Origin: an uncultured Candidatus Saccharimonadales bacterium
GTDB lineage: Bacteria; Patescibacteriota; Saccharimonadia; UBA4664
DNA length: 44,819 nt
Assembly (NCBI GenBank): GCA_964609585.1
Contig: CAZSRA010000002.1
Location: 1 to 44,819 of the forward strand
Reading direction: 5' to 3'
Part shown: positions 8,511 through 17,741 of the stretch, in pieces
How the letters are laid out: each line of letters opens with the position of its first letter
Position numbering within the stretch: position 1 is the first letter of the stretch
Program-made: the position numbers and the translations under genes
The notes under the pieces: model-generated
Told to the model about the DNA's origin: nothing
Databases searched by the model: none
Seen by the model: the letters and a program-made list of their open reading frames with translations, nothing else

Positions 8511-9554
8511 TTAAGCGATGATGCCGCCACCGAGGACGATGGGACCATCGTAAATGACGGCAGATTGGCCAGGGGTGATGGCGCGTTCGGGATGGTCCAG
8601 GTGAATTTCATAGCCGTTTTCGATGGATTTGAGCCGGCCATTGATGAGCTCGGCCCGGTGACGAGTGCGAACTTGGTAGGTGCGGTCTGGCTCGGGAGCG
8701 ATTGCAATCCAGTGGGTTTGATGGATGGTGAAGGTGTCGGTGGCTAGATCTGGATCGATGGGGTTGGTGGTGACGTAAACGGTGTTTGTCGCTATATCTT
8801 TGCCGGTCACATAATATGGCTGTCCGCCGCCGAGGCCAAGACCGTGACGCTGGCCGGTGGTATAGAAAACAGCGCCTTGATGCCGACCAAGTACACGGCC
8901 GGTGGCGCGGTCGACAATGGGGCCGGGTGCGACGTCGAGGTATTGGCGCAAAAATTCCTGGATACCAACTTCACCCACGAAGCAGATGCCCTGGGAATCG
9001 GGTTTTTTGGCTGTGGGTAGGCTAAATTCTTCTGCTAGGCGACGAACTTCGGGTTTGGTGAGTCTGGTGAGTGGGAAGATAGTGCGGCGCAGTGCTTCGG
9101 CGGTAACGCGGTAGAGAAAGTAGGTTTGGTCTTTGCCGGCGTCGGCGGCGGTGAGGAGCTGGCCATTTTTGGTGCCGGCGTAGTGGCCGGTGGCAATAAA
9201 GTCGGCGCCATCTGCTAGGGCGGCTTCAAGGAAGAGCTTGAATTTTATTTCTTGGTTGCACATGATGTCGGGATTGGGCGTGCGGCCAGCTTTGTATTCG
9301 GCAACCATGATGTCGACGACGTGGCGCTTATACTCGGCCTGGAAGTCGAAGACTTTGAACGGGATGTCGAGCCGGGCGGCGGCGGCGCGAGCGTCGGCTA
9401 GGTCCTGTTTCCATGGGCAAGCCACGCCGGCCACATCTTGGGTCCAGTTTTTCATATAGACACCCACGACTTTGTAGCCCTGCTGCTTTAGCAAGGCGGC
9501 GGAAACGGAGGAGTCGACTCCCCCACTCAGACCTACGTAGACGGTTTGTGTCAT
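8511..9554 (-). CDS. mnmA: tRNA 2-thiouridylase MnmA
   Basis: SGGVDS PP-loop, GRTPNPDIMCN, ATGHY, KDQTYFL, DSQGICF, TPGQ. Confidence 0.97.
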   Translation of the reverse strand: MTQTVYVGLSGGVDSSVSAALLKQQGYKVVGVYMKNWTQDVAGVACPWKQDLADARAAAARLDIPFKVFDFQAEYKRHVVDIMVAEYKAGRTPNPDIMCNQEIKFKLFLEAALADGADFIATGHYAGTKNGQLLTAADAGKDQTYFLYRVTAEALRRTIFPLTRLTKPEVRRLAEEFSLPTAKKPDSQGICFVGEVGIQEFLRQYLDVAPGPIVDRATGRVLGRHQGAVFYTTGQRHGLGLGGGQPYYVTGKDIATNTVYVTTNPIDPDLATDTFTIHQTHWIAIAPEPDRTYQVRTRHRAELINGRLKSIENGYEIHLDHPERAITPGQSAVIYDGPIVLGGGIIA

Positions 9555-9649
9555 AACTGGACAATTTTAGCTTTTTGTGGCGGATTAGTAAATGGTTGAG
9601 TATAATTATTTACGTTTGGCACATTCACACCCCTCCTCAAAGGACTAAC

Positions 9650-10213
9650 ATGACCCACGACCAGACCTTCGGTTTGACTGACCTTGACGCGGATGGCCTA
9701 TTGGCTCTCGAGATGGATGAGCTCTACTGGCGCTTAGGGGAACTGACGCGCGAACACCCTTGGACCAGTGATTCAAGGCTGGGGGCCTTAATTATTCGCG
9801 TCGCCCTTCAGCGAGTGCGCCCCGAATCGGCCCTGCGGTTCTACGACAAGTTTGAGCCATTGATTGATGTGGCGAACCCCCGCGCAGACCTTGTCGAGAT
9901 CTACCTGTTGGTGGCAGCATACATCTCCACCTCTGATCGTACGGGTCAAGATCTGGAAAATCACCAGATTTTCAGTAGAGTATTTGCGAATATTCTGAAG
10001 GTCGCTGGTTATCGGCAGGATTATGTTTGGAGGCTGGGTGGACGATACTTCACTGGTTCGCGCAACAACCCAATTGTTGCCGCACCGGGAAGCTCGAAGG
10101 ACCTAGTTCGATACGACCTGGTTGTATATCGGCCAGACCAGATCGTGGATATAGATGAAGAGCGCGGGGCGATTCTGCTTCGAGCCAAGCGCCCGGGAGA
10201 GGCCTGGAACTAA
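9650..10213 (+). CDS. Orphan hypothetical protein
   Basis: ATG at 9650 with AAGGA SD and TATAAT at 9601-9606; followed by a terminator hairpin. Confidence 0.7.
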   Translation: MTHDQTFGLTDLDADGLLALEMDELYWRLGELTREHPWTSDSRLGALIIRVALQRVRPESALRFYDKFEPLIDVANPRADLVEIYLLVAAYISTSDRTGQDLENHQIFSRVFANILKVAGYRQDYVWRLGGRYFTGSRNNPIVAAPGSSKDLVRYDLVVYRPDQIVDIDEERGAILLRAKRPGEAWN

Positions 10214-10221
10214 TTTCTTTG

Positions 10222-10271
10222 AGCCCTGGACGGCTGGGAGTACCCGGCTTGTCCGGGGCTTTCAGCTTTTT
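10222..10271 (+). terminator. Intrinsic terminator
   Basis: agccctggacggctggg/cccggcttgtccggggct stem followed by a T-rich tract. Confidence 0.65.
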
Positions 10272-10293
10272 GGCCTGCCAGAGTGAGCTATTT

Positions 10294-10385
10294 GAGATAT
10301 TTATTGGCCGAAGCGCTGGTACCATTGCCCGGATTGGCAGTGCCGATCAGAGCAGCGGTCCCTGATTCGGCCAATGTTTGATCTC
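10294..10385. repeat. Nested-palindrome element (possible divergent family member)
   Basis: IR attggccgaa (10303-10312)/ttcggccaat (10366-10375) enclosing cgctg/cagcg and cattgcc/ggcagtg stems. Confidence 0.5.
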
Positions 10386-10421
10386 TTTTTTCCGAGTGTT
10401 TTGTCAACTTCAAAACGGCGA

Positions 10422-11402
10422 TTAATCAGTAAATTCTTGGGCGATCATCAGGCCATAGGGGCCGCCATCGATAACCCCGATGCCCACGGTATGGTAGCTG
10501 GTAGACAAAATATTGGCGCGGTGACCGGGCGATTTCATGAGGCCGGAGTGCGCCAGCTGAAGAGTAGGAGCAAGAGCGAGATTTTCGCCGGCACTCCCGA
10601 AATGAATCCCGGCTGCGCGCATTCGGTCGAAGGGACTTTTGCCTTCGAGGCTAAGGTGTGAAAAATAGCCGCGCGCGAACATATCGGCCGCATACGAGCG
10701 GGCGACGGACCTGGCTTCAGAATTAAGACTAAGCGCTGGCAGGCCACGACTGGTGCGTTCGTGATTGAGCATTGTGAGCATGGTTGTCTCGGCCGCCTCG
10801 TCAACGCTGACTTTGGTAGTGGTATAGCCAAGCTCTATGCGCTGTTCGCTTTCGGGCTCGGCCGTGATGGTGAAGACGTTGAGACTGTTGTTTAAATCGT
10901 GACCGAGGCCGGCTGCAATGATGGCGGGAAGATTGCCACTAGCGGCTAATAACTGGCGTGCCAAAAAGGCCCCGGTAACAGGCCGCTTAGTAGAGGCACT
11001 GAGCGGTAAACCGGCAAAAATGATGAGGCTCAGGGTAATGATGGCAGTAGTTTTAAACGCGTCGAGTGCGGCTCCGCCCAGACGACTTGAGCGTGATGGC
11101 TTGAGGTGGCCCGATAGATGCGGCAAAACTGTGAAGCGGATAATGAGAGCGCATATGATTTCGACGATGGTCCAGAGTAAAACAAAGGCAGTAACATTCC
11201 CCAGAGCTATGGTGAGATGCAGGATGGTTTTTAGGCCCACACCAACCCAGTGGTAGCTACCTAGAGCGATGGCGGTAGCGATCGCAAAACTTATAACTTC
11301 AAGCGCTATCAGGATGAGCCCACGCCGATAGCCAGAGAAGAGGCCCAAGATTATGGCGGCCATGATGAGGACATTAATACCAATTTCGATGAGTATGCTC
11401 AT
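10422..11402 (-). CDS. CvpA-family membrane domain fused to a CAP/SCP domain
   Basis: N-terminal GYRRG..L CvpA-like TM region; C-terminal N.ER..GL..L, YFSH, AGENLA, SPGHRANIL; ATG at 11402 overlaps the upstream TGA (ATGA). Confidence 0.88.
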   Translation of the reverse strand: MSILIEIGINVLIMAAIILGLFSGYRRGLILIALEVISFAIATAIALGSYHWVGVGLKTILHLTIALGNVTAFVLLWTIVEIICALIIRFTVLPHLSGHLKPSRSSRLGGAALDAFKTTAIITLSLIIFAGLPLSASTKRPVTGAFLARQLLAASGNLPAIIAAGLGHDLNNSLNVFTITAEPESEQRIELGYTTTKVSVDEAAETTMLTMLNHERTSRGLPALSLNSEARSVARSYAADMFARGYFSHLSLEGKSPFDRMRAAGIHFGSAGENLALAPTLQLAHSGLMKSPGHRANILSTSYHTVGIGVIDGGPYGLMIAQEFTD

Positions 11403-11992
11403 TTGGCCTGTCCACTCAACTGTTCGTAAGCTACTTTTTGCAATTCGTCGATGGTAAGGGCTCGGCTCTCGGGGGTGGCCCACCAGGCTGATTTGCGCCA
11501 AGTGGAGTCGCTCGATGAGTGATTAACGATAACGAAATTATTACCTAGAGCTCGTCGAAAGGTAATGTAGGCTCGGCGCTGATGGTATGGTGAGGTTACC
11601 AAGATGATGGAGTGGTAGTTATGACTACGGAGAATAACCCCAACGTCGGTAGCGTTTTCGCGCGTATTCGTAGCGTGCTCGTCGAGCATGATGGCAACCG
11701 ACGGCACGCCTGCTGCCTGAGCGGCTGCAGCCATGGTGCGCGCGTTGGAGGGGCTGGTGGGATCTAGCGCTGCACCGGAGAAAATGATGTTTGCACCCCA
11801 GCCATCTTTGTAGAGTTGTATAGCTTCGGCGGCTCGGGTACTCGTTTCTCCGCCTGAGATGGCAACAATGGCGTCAACCTTAGTGAGTGAATCTTGAGGT
11901 GAAAGGTAATAGCCAATGCCAAAAAAACCAGCAACCGCTAGGCAGCCTGTGAGTCCCAGAATTATCAATACCACCCCAAAAAACCGCTTCAT
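11399..11992 (-). CDS. YdcF/DUF218-family protein
   Basis: DAIVAISGG, IIFSG, NTRENA, LVTSPYH.RR motifs; N-terminal TM. Confidence 0.88.
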   Translation of the reverse strand: MKRFFGVVLIILGLTGCLAVAGFFGIGYYLSPQDSLTKVDAIVAISGGETSTRAAEAIQLYKDGWGANIIFSGAALDPTSPSNARTMAAAAQAAGVPSVAIMLDEHATNTRENATDVGVILRSHNYHSIILVTSPYHQRRAYITFRRALGNNFVIVNHSSSDSTWRKSAWWATPESRALTIDELQKVAYEQLSGQAK

Positions 11993-12011
11993 GGGTTATA
12001 TTGTAGCAAAG

Positions 12012-13181
12012 TTACAGCTGCCGTAGACGCTGGACTATGGGCGGTAGAGCCTCGATGACCTTTTCGACATCGGCCTTCGTGGTACTGCGACCAAGGGTGA
12101 GGCGCAAGGAGGAATTGGCCTCTGCCGGAGTGCGCCCAAGGGCTAGGAGCACATGCGAGGGATCGAGGCTGCCGGTGGAGCAGGCGGACCCAGTAGAGGC
12201 CATGAGGCCGGCATTGTCAAGATAGAGTATAAGCGCTTCGCCTTCTACGCCAGGAATAGTGAGATTGAGATTGTTGGGTAAGCGGCGTTTGGGGTCGCCG
12301 TTGATGATGGTATCGGGGAGGGCGGCGATAAGGCTCGTGGCAAGGTGGTCACGGAGAATCGTGAGGCGGCGAGATTCGGCGTCGCGAAGGTCTGTGGCAA
12401 TTTCAAAGGCTTTTGCCAGGCCAATGATGCTGGCGACATTTTCGGTGCCACTGCGGCGGCCACGCTCTTGGCCACCACCATACATGAGCGGCTCGAGCGT
12501 AGTGCCATGGCGAACATAAAGGGCACCAACGCCTTTAGGACCATAAATTTTGGAAGCGTTTAGCGTGAGCAAGTCGACGCCAAGGCGCGAAACATGCAAG
12601 TCGAGGTAATTTGCGGCCTGGACAGCGTCGGTATGGAGGTAGAGCGGCAGGGTTATGGCTCGACGGCTTCGGTCTAGGCGAATTTTGGTGATGCGTTTGG
12701 CAATATCGGCGACGGGTTGGATGGTGCCGATTTCATTGTTGGCTAGCATAAGACTTACGAGAACGGTGCGGTCGGTAATCGCCGCTTCGATAACGTTGAC
12801 ATCAACAATGCCATTTGGCTTCACGCTCGCGATCGTAACAGGGTGGCCGTCTTTTTCTAGTGGTTTGGCACATGCGAGCACGGCATCGTGCTCGATAGCA
12901 CTTGTGACCCAATGTGCTCCGGGATGGGCGCGCAACACTCCTTGGACCGCGAAATTATTGGCCTCCGTGCCCCCGCTTGTGAAAATGAGCTCGGTGGGTT
13001 TTGCGCCAAGCCGATCTGAAATGCTGTGGCGGGCAGTTTCGACGGCCTGGCGGACATCGCGAGCAGCTTGGTACAAGCTGGACGGGTTAGCATACTGGTC
13101 TTTTAGGTACGGCTGCATGGCGTCCAGAACTTGGGGGTCTATTGGGGTGGTGGCGGCATGATCCAGGTAGATTTTTGGCAT
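12012..13181 (-). CDS. iscS: Cysteine desulfurase (IscS/NifS type)
   Basis: YLDHAATTP, FTSGGTEANN, HTDAVQ, PLP lysine in SKIYGPKG, RSGTEN, STGSACS; alternative start at 13193. Confidence 0.93.
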   Translation of the reverse strand: MPKIYLDHAATTPIDPQVLDAMQPYLKDQYANPSSLYQAARDVRQAVETARHSISDRLGAKPTELIFTSGGTEANNFAVQGVLRAHPGAHWVTSAIEHDAVLACAKPLEKDGHPVTIASVKPNGIVDVNVIEAAITDRTVLVSLMLANNEIGTIQPVADIAKRITKIRLDRSRRAITLPLYLHTDAVQAANYLDLHVSRLGVDLLTLNASKIYGPKGVGALYVRHGTTLEPLMYGGGQERGRRSGTENVASIIGLAKAFEIATDLRDAESRRLTILRDHLATSLIAALPDTIINGDPKRRLPNNLNLTIPGVEGEALILYLDNAGLMASTGSACSTGSLDPSHVLLALGRTPAEANSSLRLTLGRSTTKADVEKVIEALPPIVQRLRQL

Positions 13182-13185
13182 GGGA

Positions 13186-13821
13186 TTAGTCATTTTTAAT
13201 AATAATTCCAGAGTGAGCTGCAAGTTCGGGAGCGAGCATCATGAGCTGATCATAACTGAGGATAGCACCTTTTAGGCCATCGAGGCCTTTAAGAGCTTCA
13301 ATGTGGCTCGTGCGTAGGTCGACATGTTTAAGGTGTGCTCCAGAAAAGTCGGCACCACTGAGATCGCAATCTTGAAAGATTATTGATTCGAGCTGAGCGC
13401 CGGCAAAATCGATATCACGTAGATTGCAGCGGACGAAGGTGGTATGTGCAAGCTTGGCAAAGCGGAAATTGGCGAGATCGAGTTTGATATCTTGAAACGC
13501 GACGTCTTTGAGCTCAGTTTCTGTCATGATAATGCCGCTAAGGCGAGCTTGTTTTACCTCCATGCGGCGCCAGGAGCTATTACTCAGGTTGAGTCCGCCG
13601 AGTTCGCCGCCCTCGATAAGCACATCCGACCAGCCGCTTTCACGAAGCTGAGCGGCCGTAAGGTCTGGCTCCACGAGGTGAATGGTATCGAAGGTGACGC
13701 GCCGGGCAATTTGGCTTGCCCACTGGGGCTGATTGATGATACAGCTTTCGATCCCTAGAGAAGGCTCAAGAGTAGATAGTTGCTGGGTCGGTAGGTGTGG
13801 GGGGAGTTTAATGTTCGTCAT
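13186..13821 (-). CDS. Pentapeptide repeat protein
   Basis: Repeated A(D/N)F/L-x-x pentapeptides (ANFRF, IDFAG, ADFSG, VDLRT). Confidence 0.9.
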   Translation of the reverse strand: MTNIKLPPHLPTQQLSTLEPSLGIESCIINQPQWASQIARRVTFDTIHLVEPDLTAAQLRESGWSDVLIEGGELGGLNLSNSSWRRMEVKQARLSGIIMTETELKDVAFQDIKLDLANFRFAKLAHTTFVRCNLRDIDFAGAQLESIIFQDCDLSGADFSGAHLKHVDLRTSHIEALKGLDGLKGAILSYDQLMMLAPELAAHSGIIIKND

Positions 13822-14197
13822 CTGGTATTTCTATAGGTTTCTTTCTGGTGTTGGCGTAAATGGCCACGGCGATGGGGGCGAGCCCGGCGAAGAAAGCTTC
13901 AAGCGGCTTGTTATTCATGGCTAGGTAGACAGCCGCTAGAACCAGGGCATACAGAAACAATTGGCCGATGAGATCAACGACGAAGCGAGCGCGCCGTTCA
14001 AACCAGATGTCGCGGATTTCGGCCTTTTGGTCGAGCTCCGCCATAGCAATAATACGTTCGGCAGTTCTCGGATATGCCTGCTCATAGGCGGCCAAGATTT
14101 TGGGCGACGGCAAGGGTCCGCTATGCATCTCTAGCCCAACCACTGAAGGCGGCTGAGGTCTAGCGGGTGTGGCCGGTTCGGTGGGGGGCGTTGCCAT
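13808..14197 (-). CDS. DUF2335-type membrane protein
   Basis: HSGPLPSP..L..YE...P.TAERIIAMAE..Q signature followed by two TM helices; start moved to MATPP. Confidence 0.8.
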   Translation of the reverse strand: MATPPTEPATPARPQPPSVVGLEMHSGPLPSPKILAAYEQAYPRTAERIIAMAELDQKAEIRDIWFERRARFVVDLIGQLFLYALVLAAVYLAMNNKPLEAFFAGLAPIAVAIYANTRKKPIEIPDDEH

Positions 14198-14363
14198 AAG
14201 ACCTGAGCGCTTTCTTGAGGTAAGCGCCCGTAGCGAACCAGGCAGCTTCGACCGTTTGACCGCGTCGCAATGTTGCGGTGCGAGAGCGCGGCCGCATATC
14301 GAGAGAGTCCAAAATGTCATTCGCGGACTGTCGAAGAATGGAGTTGGATGAGGATCGCTTCAT
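14160..14363 (-). CDS. Small protein upstream of DUF2335 gene
   Basis: Short ORF overlapping the DUF2335 start; ends with W..TG..L..AL, a pattern I recall from DUF2335 partner genes. Confidence 0.55.
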   Translation of the reverse strand: MKRSSSNSILRQSANDILDSLDMRPRSRTATLRRGQTVEAAWFATGAYLKKALRSYGNAPHRTGHTR

Positions 14364-14466
14364 AAGATTATGATACGACATCTTGAAGGCTGGTTCAATC
14401 ATAAGAAGAGCGCTTTTTAAATGATGTTTGAACTCATTATACCGAACTAAATACGAACGCTCAATA

Positions 14467-14495
14467 TTGACTATTTAAATATTGTATGTTAAAGT
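14467..14495 (+). promoter_or_regulatory. Sigma70-type promoter for the lipoprotein gene
   Basis: TTGACT-17 nt-TAAAGT with a TG extension. Confidence 0.6.
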
Positions 14496-14572
14496 ACATA
14501 TGTTAACTGTGTGAGATTTTGCGGCTACAATCCGGAGCCCATTTCCCCCGTTTGACAATCGAGAGGAATGTA

Positions 14573-15274
14573 ATGCCTCGTTTCACCCGAATCCGCACGG
14601 CCTTCACGGTTCTCACTGTGGCCGCCTCCTTGGCGGCATGCAGCGGAAGTGGCAGTGCCGGCAGTAGCCTACCGCCGCGCAAGGACACCTCATCAGTCAG
14701 TACGACCCCTACTCAAGCCGCGACTCACACTCCGAGTCCGACCGCTCCGCTGACGGACTGCGCGGACACCAACCGCCCGAAGCCTAAGGGCGCCCAGCCG
14801 ACCGGCCCCGAGCTGTCCAAGGCTGGCTGGGTGAAGTACTCCGGCTCCGAGTCGGGTGAAGCCATCCTGAAGCGATACCTGAACGCTGCCGCTACGCTCA
14901 AGCTGGGGCGGGCTGGAGCGGTCCAGCAGCCTGGAGAGAATATCTCCATCGACATGGCCAACTGCGAGGAGCAGGTGGCCGAGACCATGGGCCTCGCACC
15001 GACTCGCAACCAGCAGCTCCAAGGCTGGCGGCAACCGTCTTCTGGACGGGTGACCGTGTACACGATTGGCTCGAGTGGCCAAGTCGCGTTCGCCATCACC
15101 ATCGCGGGTCCGCATTGGATTATCCTTGCGGCACCCGACACGCCCGAGACCCCCGACTCGCTTGGCCGGCTGACACCGGACACCGAGTGGATGTCGACGC
15201 CGAGTGGTAGCATGTTCGGATACGAAGGCGGCACCGCTGTCATCTGGGAGACAGATCGGCCGCCGACTCTCTGA
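14573..15274 (+). CDS. Orphan lipoprotein
   Basis: GAGAGGA SD, Arg-rich n-region, h-region, lipobox LAAC, Ser/Thr/Pro linker; visibly GC-richer than its flanks. Confidence 0.8.
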   Translation: MPRFTRIRTAFTVLTVAASLAACSGSGSAGSSLPPRKDTSSVSTTPTQAATHTPSPTAPLTDCADTNRPKPKGAQPTGPELSKAGWVKYSGSESGEAILKRYLNAAATLKLGRAGAVQQPGENISIDMANCEEQVAETMGLAPTRNQQLQGWRQPSSGRVTVYTIGSSGQVAFAITIAGPHWIILAAPDTPETPDSLGRLTPDTEWMSTPSGSMFGYEGGTAVIWETDRPPTL

Positions 15275-15284
15275 CGTGAACTGA

Positions 15285-15398
15285 CGAGGGGTGGACGAAC
15301 CGCGTCCACCCCTCGCACCCCGATACAACCCTGCTAAGAAGCACAGCGCCACCTGAAAAGATGAAGGCTCGCTGCAACTTGGCGGGGCTTTTTCTTTT
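15285..15398. terminator. Tandem hairpins/terminator between lipoprotein and tatD
   Basis: 13-bp perfect IR 15285-15315 plus aggctcgc/gcggggctt stem followed by a T-tract. Confidence 0.7.
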
Positions 15399-16159
15399 TA
15401 TATTTGAAACAACTTCTCAGCGTTTAAGCTCGTGGCGGACTCGAGATCTTCGGGCGCTTCGCCGCGGAGACCAGCGAGGAATTTGGCGGTGAGCGCAATA
15501 TTGGCGGGTTCGTTGCGTTTGCCGCGCAACGGGACGGGGGCGAGGAAGGGGCAATCGGTTTCGAGCACGAGACGGTCTAGTGGTACTCGTTTCGCGGCAT
15601 CGAGCTGAGATTGATCTTTGGTGAAGGTCATGATGCCATTAAGGGCAATGAAGAGACCGCGCTCGAGCGAGCCTTCGAGTTCGGGGACGCCGGCGGTGAA
15701 GCAGTGAACGAGGCCGCGGACGTTTTCGCTTTTGTATTCGTCTAGGATATTAAAAAATTGCGGAAAAGCGTCGCGAACATGGAAAACCATGGGGAGACCG
15801 CGCTGCAGACCGAGCTCGATTTGGAAGCGAAGGGCGCGCTCTTGGTCTTCGGGGGTGGTTTCGGAACGAAAATTGTCGAGGCCGCATTCGCCAATGGCTA
15901 CCACTTTTTCAAATTCGGCGAGGCGAGCCACTTCTTCGAGGGCTTCGTAGCCGCGGTCGGCATCGTGGGGATGGAGGCCAACGGTGGACCAAACATTGTT
16001 GTAGGCACGGGCAACGGCCACAGCCTGGGCTGAGTCGGTGTCATTGCAGCCGACGGTGATGATTTTTTCGACGCCGGCAGCATGGGCGTTGTTTAGGACT
16101 TCGTCTATTTCGGTGCGGAATTCGTCAAAATGGATGTGAGCGTGAGTATCAATCAACAT
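15398..16159 (-). CDS. tatD: TatD-family deoxyribonuclease
   Basis: IDTHAH, GLHPH, AIGECGLD, HVRDA, HCF, LETDCPFLAP, RNEP. Confidence 0.95.
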   Translation of the reverse strand: MLIDTHAHIHFDEFRTEIDEVLNNAHAAGVEKIITVGCNDTDSAQAVAVARAYNNVWSTVGLHPHDADRGYEALEEVARLAEFEKVVAIGECGLDNFRSETTPEDQERALRFQIELGLQRGLPMVFHVRDAFPQFFNILDEYKSENVRGLVHCFTAGVPELEGSLERGLFIALNGIMTFTKDQSQLDAAKRVPLDRLVLETDCPFLAPVPLRGKRNEPANIALTAKFLAGLRGEAPEDLESATSLNAEKLFQI

Positions 16160-16162
16160 GAG

Positions 16163-17599
16163 CTATTCGCCTTTGGGAAAAAGAATACCGACCTCGGGGC
16201 GCACAACTCCTCCTGCAAAAGTAGCGGCAATTTTACCGGCTGCCCCGGGCATGAAGGGCATGAGGAGCGTGGCGATTTGCACGAGATCAGCTACGGCGTG
16301 ATGTAAGACTTCTGCCAGGTGAGCTTCATCGGCACGCTTGGCGCCTGGAGCAAGCTCCCAAGGTTTTTCTTCTTCGAGAAGCTGGTTGAGGCCGCGAATG
16401 AGGAGCCAAACTTCAGCGAGGGCGCGGTCGAAGCGCAGGTCGTCCATAGCTTCTTCGTAGGGCCGGGTGTCGTGCGAATGAGGCGGGAGATCGCCGATGA
16501 CGCCTTTTTGGTATTTGGTGATCATGACGGCCACGCGCTGGACGAGATTGCCGAGGTCGTTGGCGAGGTCGGCGTTATAGACTTGCTCCATACGCGCCCA
16601 AGAAAAGTCGCCGTCGCCGTCGGAGGGAATTTCGCGCAGGAGGTAATAGCGCAGGGCGTCGACGCCGTATTTTTTGATGACGTCGTGTGGACCAACTACG
16701 TTGCCGAGGGATTTGCTCATTTTATGGCCTTCGCTAGAAATAAAGCCATGAGCATAGAGGGATTTTTGCGGGGGAAGACCAGCGGAAAGGAGCATGGCGG
16801 GCCAGATGGCGGCGTGGTGGCGGAGGATGTCTTTGCCCACAATTTGGATGTCAGCGGGCCAGAATTTTTTGAAGTTTTCACCGTTGGGGTAGCCGATGCC
16901 GGAAATATAGAAGCCGAGAGCGTCAAACCAAACGTACATTACCTGCGAATCGTCACCAGGAACGGGCACACCCCAGGTGAGTTGTTTTTTGTCGCGGGAG
17001 ACCGATATGTCTTCGAGGCCACGCTCGAGAAGAGCCATGATTTCGTTTTTGCGGGACTGGGGGCGGATGTAGAGCTTGTCGGTACTAATGAGCTCTTTGA
17101 CTTGGTCGGTGTAGGCGCTGAGTTTGAAGAAATAGTTTTCTTCGGCGATGTGATCAAGAGCTTTTTTGTGGATAGGACAGAAATGGTCGGGCAGCTCGGT
17201 TTCGGTATAAAACTGCTCGCAGCCGACACAGTACCACCCCTCATATTTGGCTTTATAGATGTCTTTGGCGCAGGCCTTCCAAAGAGCCTGGGCAACTTTT
17301 TCGTGAGCCGGATCGGTGGAGCGCACAAATTGATCCGTAGCAACATTGAGGGCTGGAGCGAGGTCGCGGAAGAGCTGGCTCATGCCATCTACATAGTCTT
17401 TGGGGGCTTTGCCGGCGGCTTCGGCGGCTTGCTTATTTTTGGTACCATGCTCGTCGGTGCCGGTGACATACCAAACATCATCCCCTTTTTGGCGATGGTA
17501 GCGGGCGAGCACGTCGGCTTGGATGAGCTCCATGGCGTAGCCGATGTGAGGAGCGCCGTTGGTATAGGCGGAAGCGGTGGTGACGTAGAATTTTGGCAT
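16163..17599 (-). CDS. metG: Methionine--tRNA ligase (short, no C-terminal Trbp domain)
   Basis: YTNGAPHIGY (HIGH variant), GTDEHG, single CxxC..CxxH knuckle, YVWFDAL, GKDI, KMSKS. Confidence 0.96.
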   Translation of the reverse strand: MPKFYVTTASAYTNGAPHIGYAMELIQADVLARYHRQKGDDVWYVTGTDEHGTKNKQAAEAAGKAPKDYVDGMSQLFRDLAPALNVATDQFVRSTDPAHEKVAQALWKACAKDIYKAKYEGWYCVGCEQFYTETELPDHFCPIHKKALDHIAEENYFFKLSAYTDQVKELISTDKLYIRPQSRKNEIMALLERGLEDISVSRDKKQLTWGVPVPGDDSQVMYVWFDALGFYISGIGYPNGENFKKFWPADIQIVGKDILRHHAAIWPAMLLSAGLPPQKSLYAHGFISSEGHKMSKSLGNVVGPHDVIKKYGVDALRYYLLREIPSDGDGDFSWARMEQVYNADLANDLGNLVQRVAVMITKYQKGVIGDLPPHSHDTRPYEEAMDDLRFDRALAEVWLLIRGLNQLLEEEKPWELAPGAKRADEAHLAEVLHHAVADLVQIATLLMPFMPGAAGKIAATFAGGVVRPEVGILFPKGE

Positions 17600-17741
17600 G
17601 GATGAGTCTTTCGCTTACGCGCACCATCGTACCATAGGGGGGTAATCACGGCCAATGTGGCATGATTATTTGGATAGTGGCCGCCTTATTTGGTATTATT
17701 CTTGCTAGGTTATTTCTTTTTCTGCCTAAACAAATGGATTT

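Noticed and set aside
14693..15352. Long antisense ORFs over the lipoprotein
   Set aside because: High-GC shadow frames; the plus-strand gene has promoter, SD and lipobox
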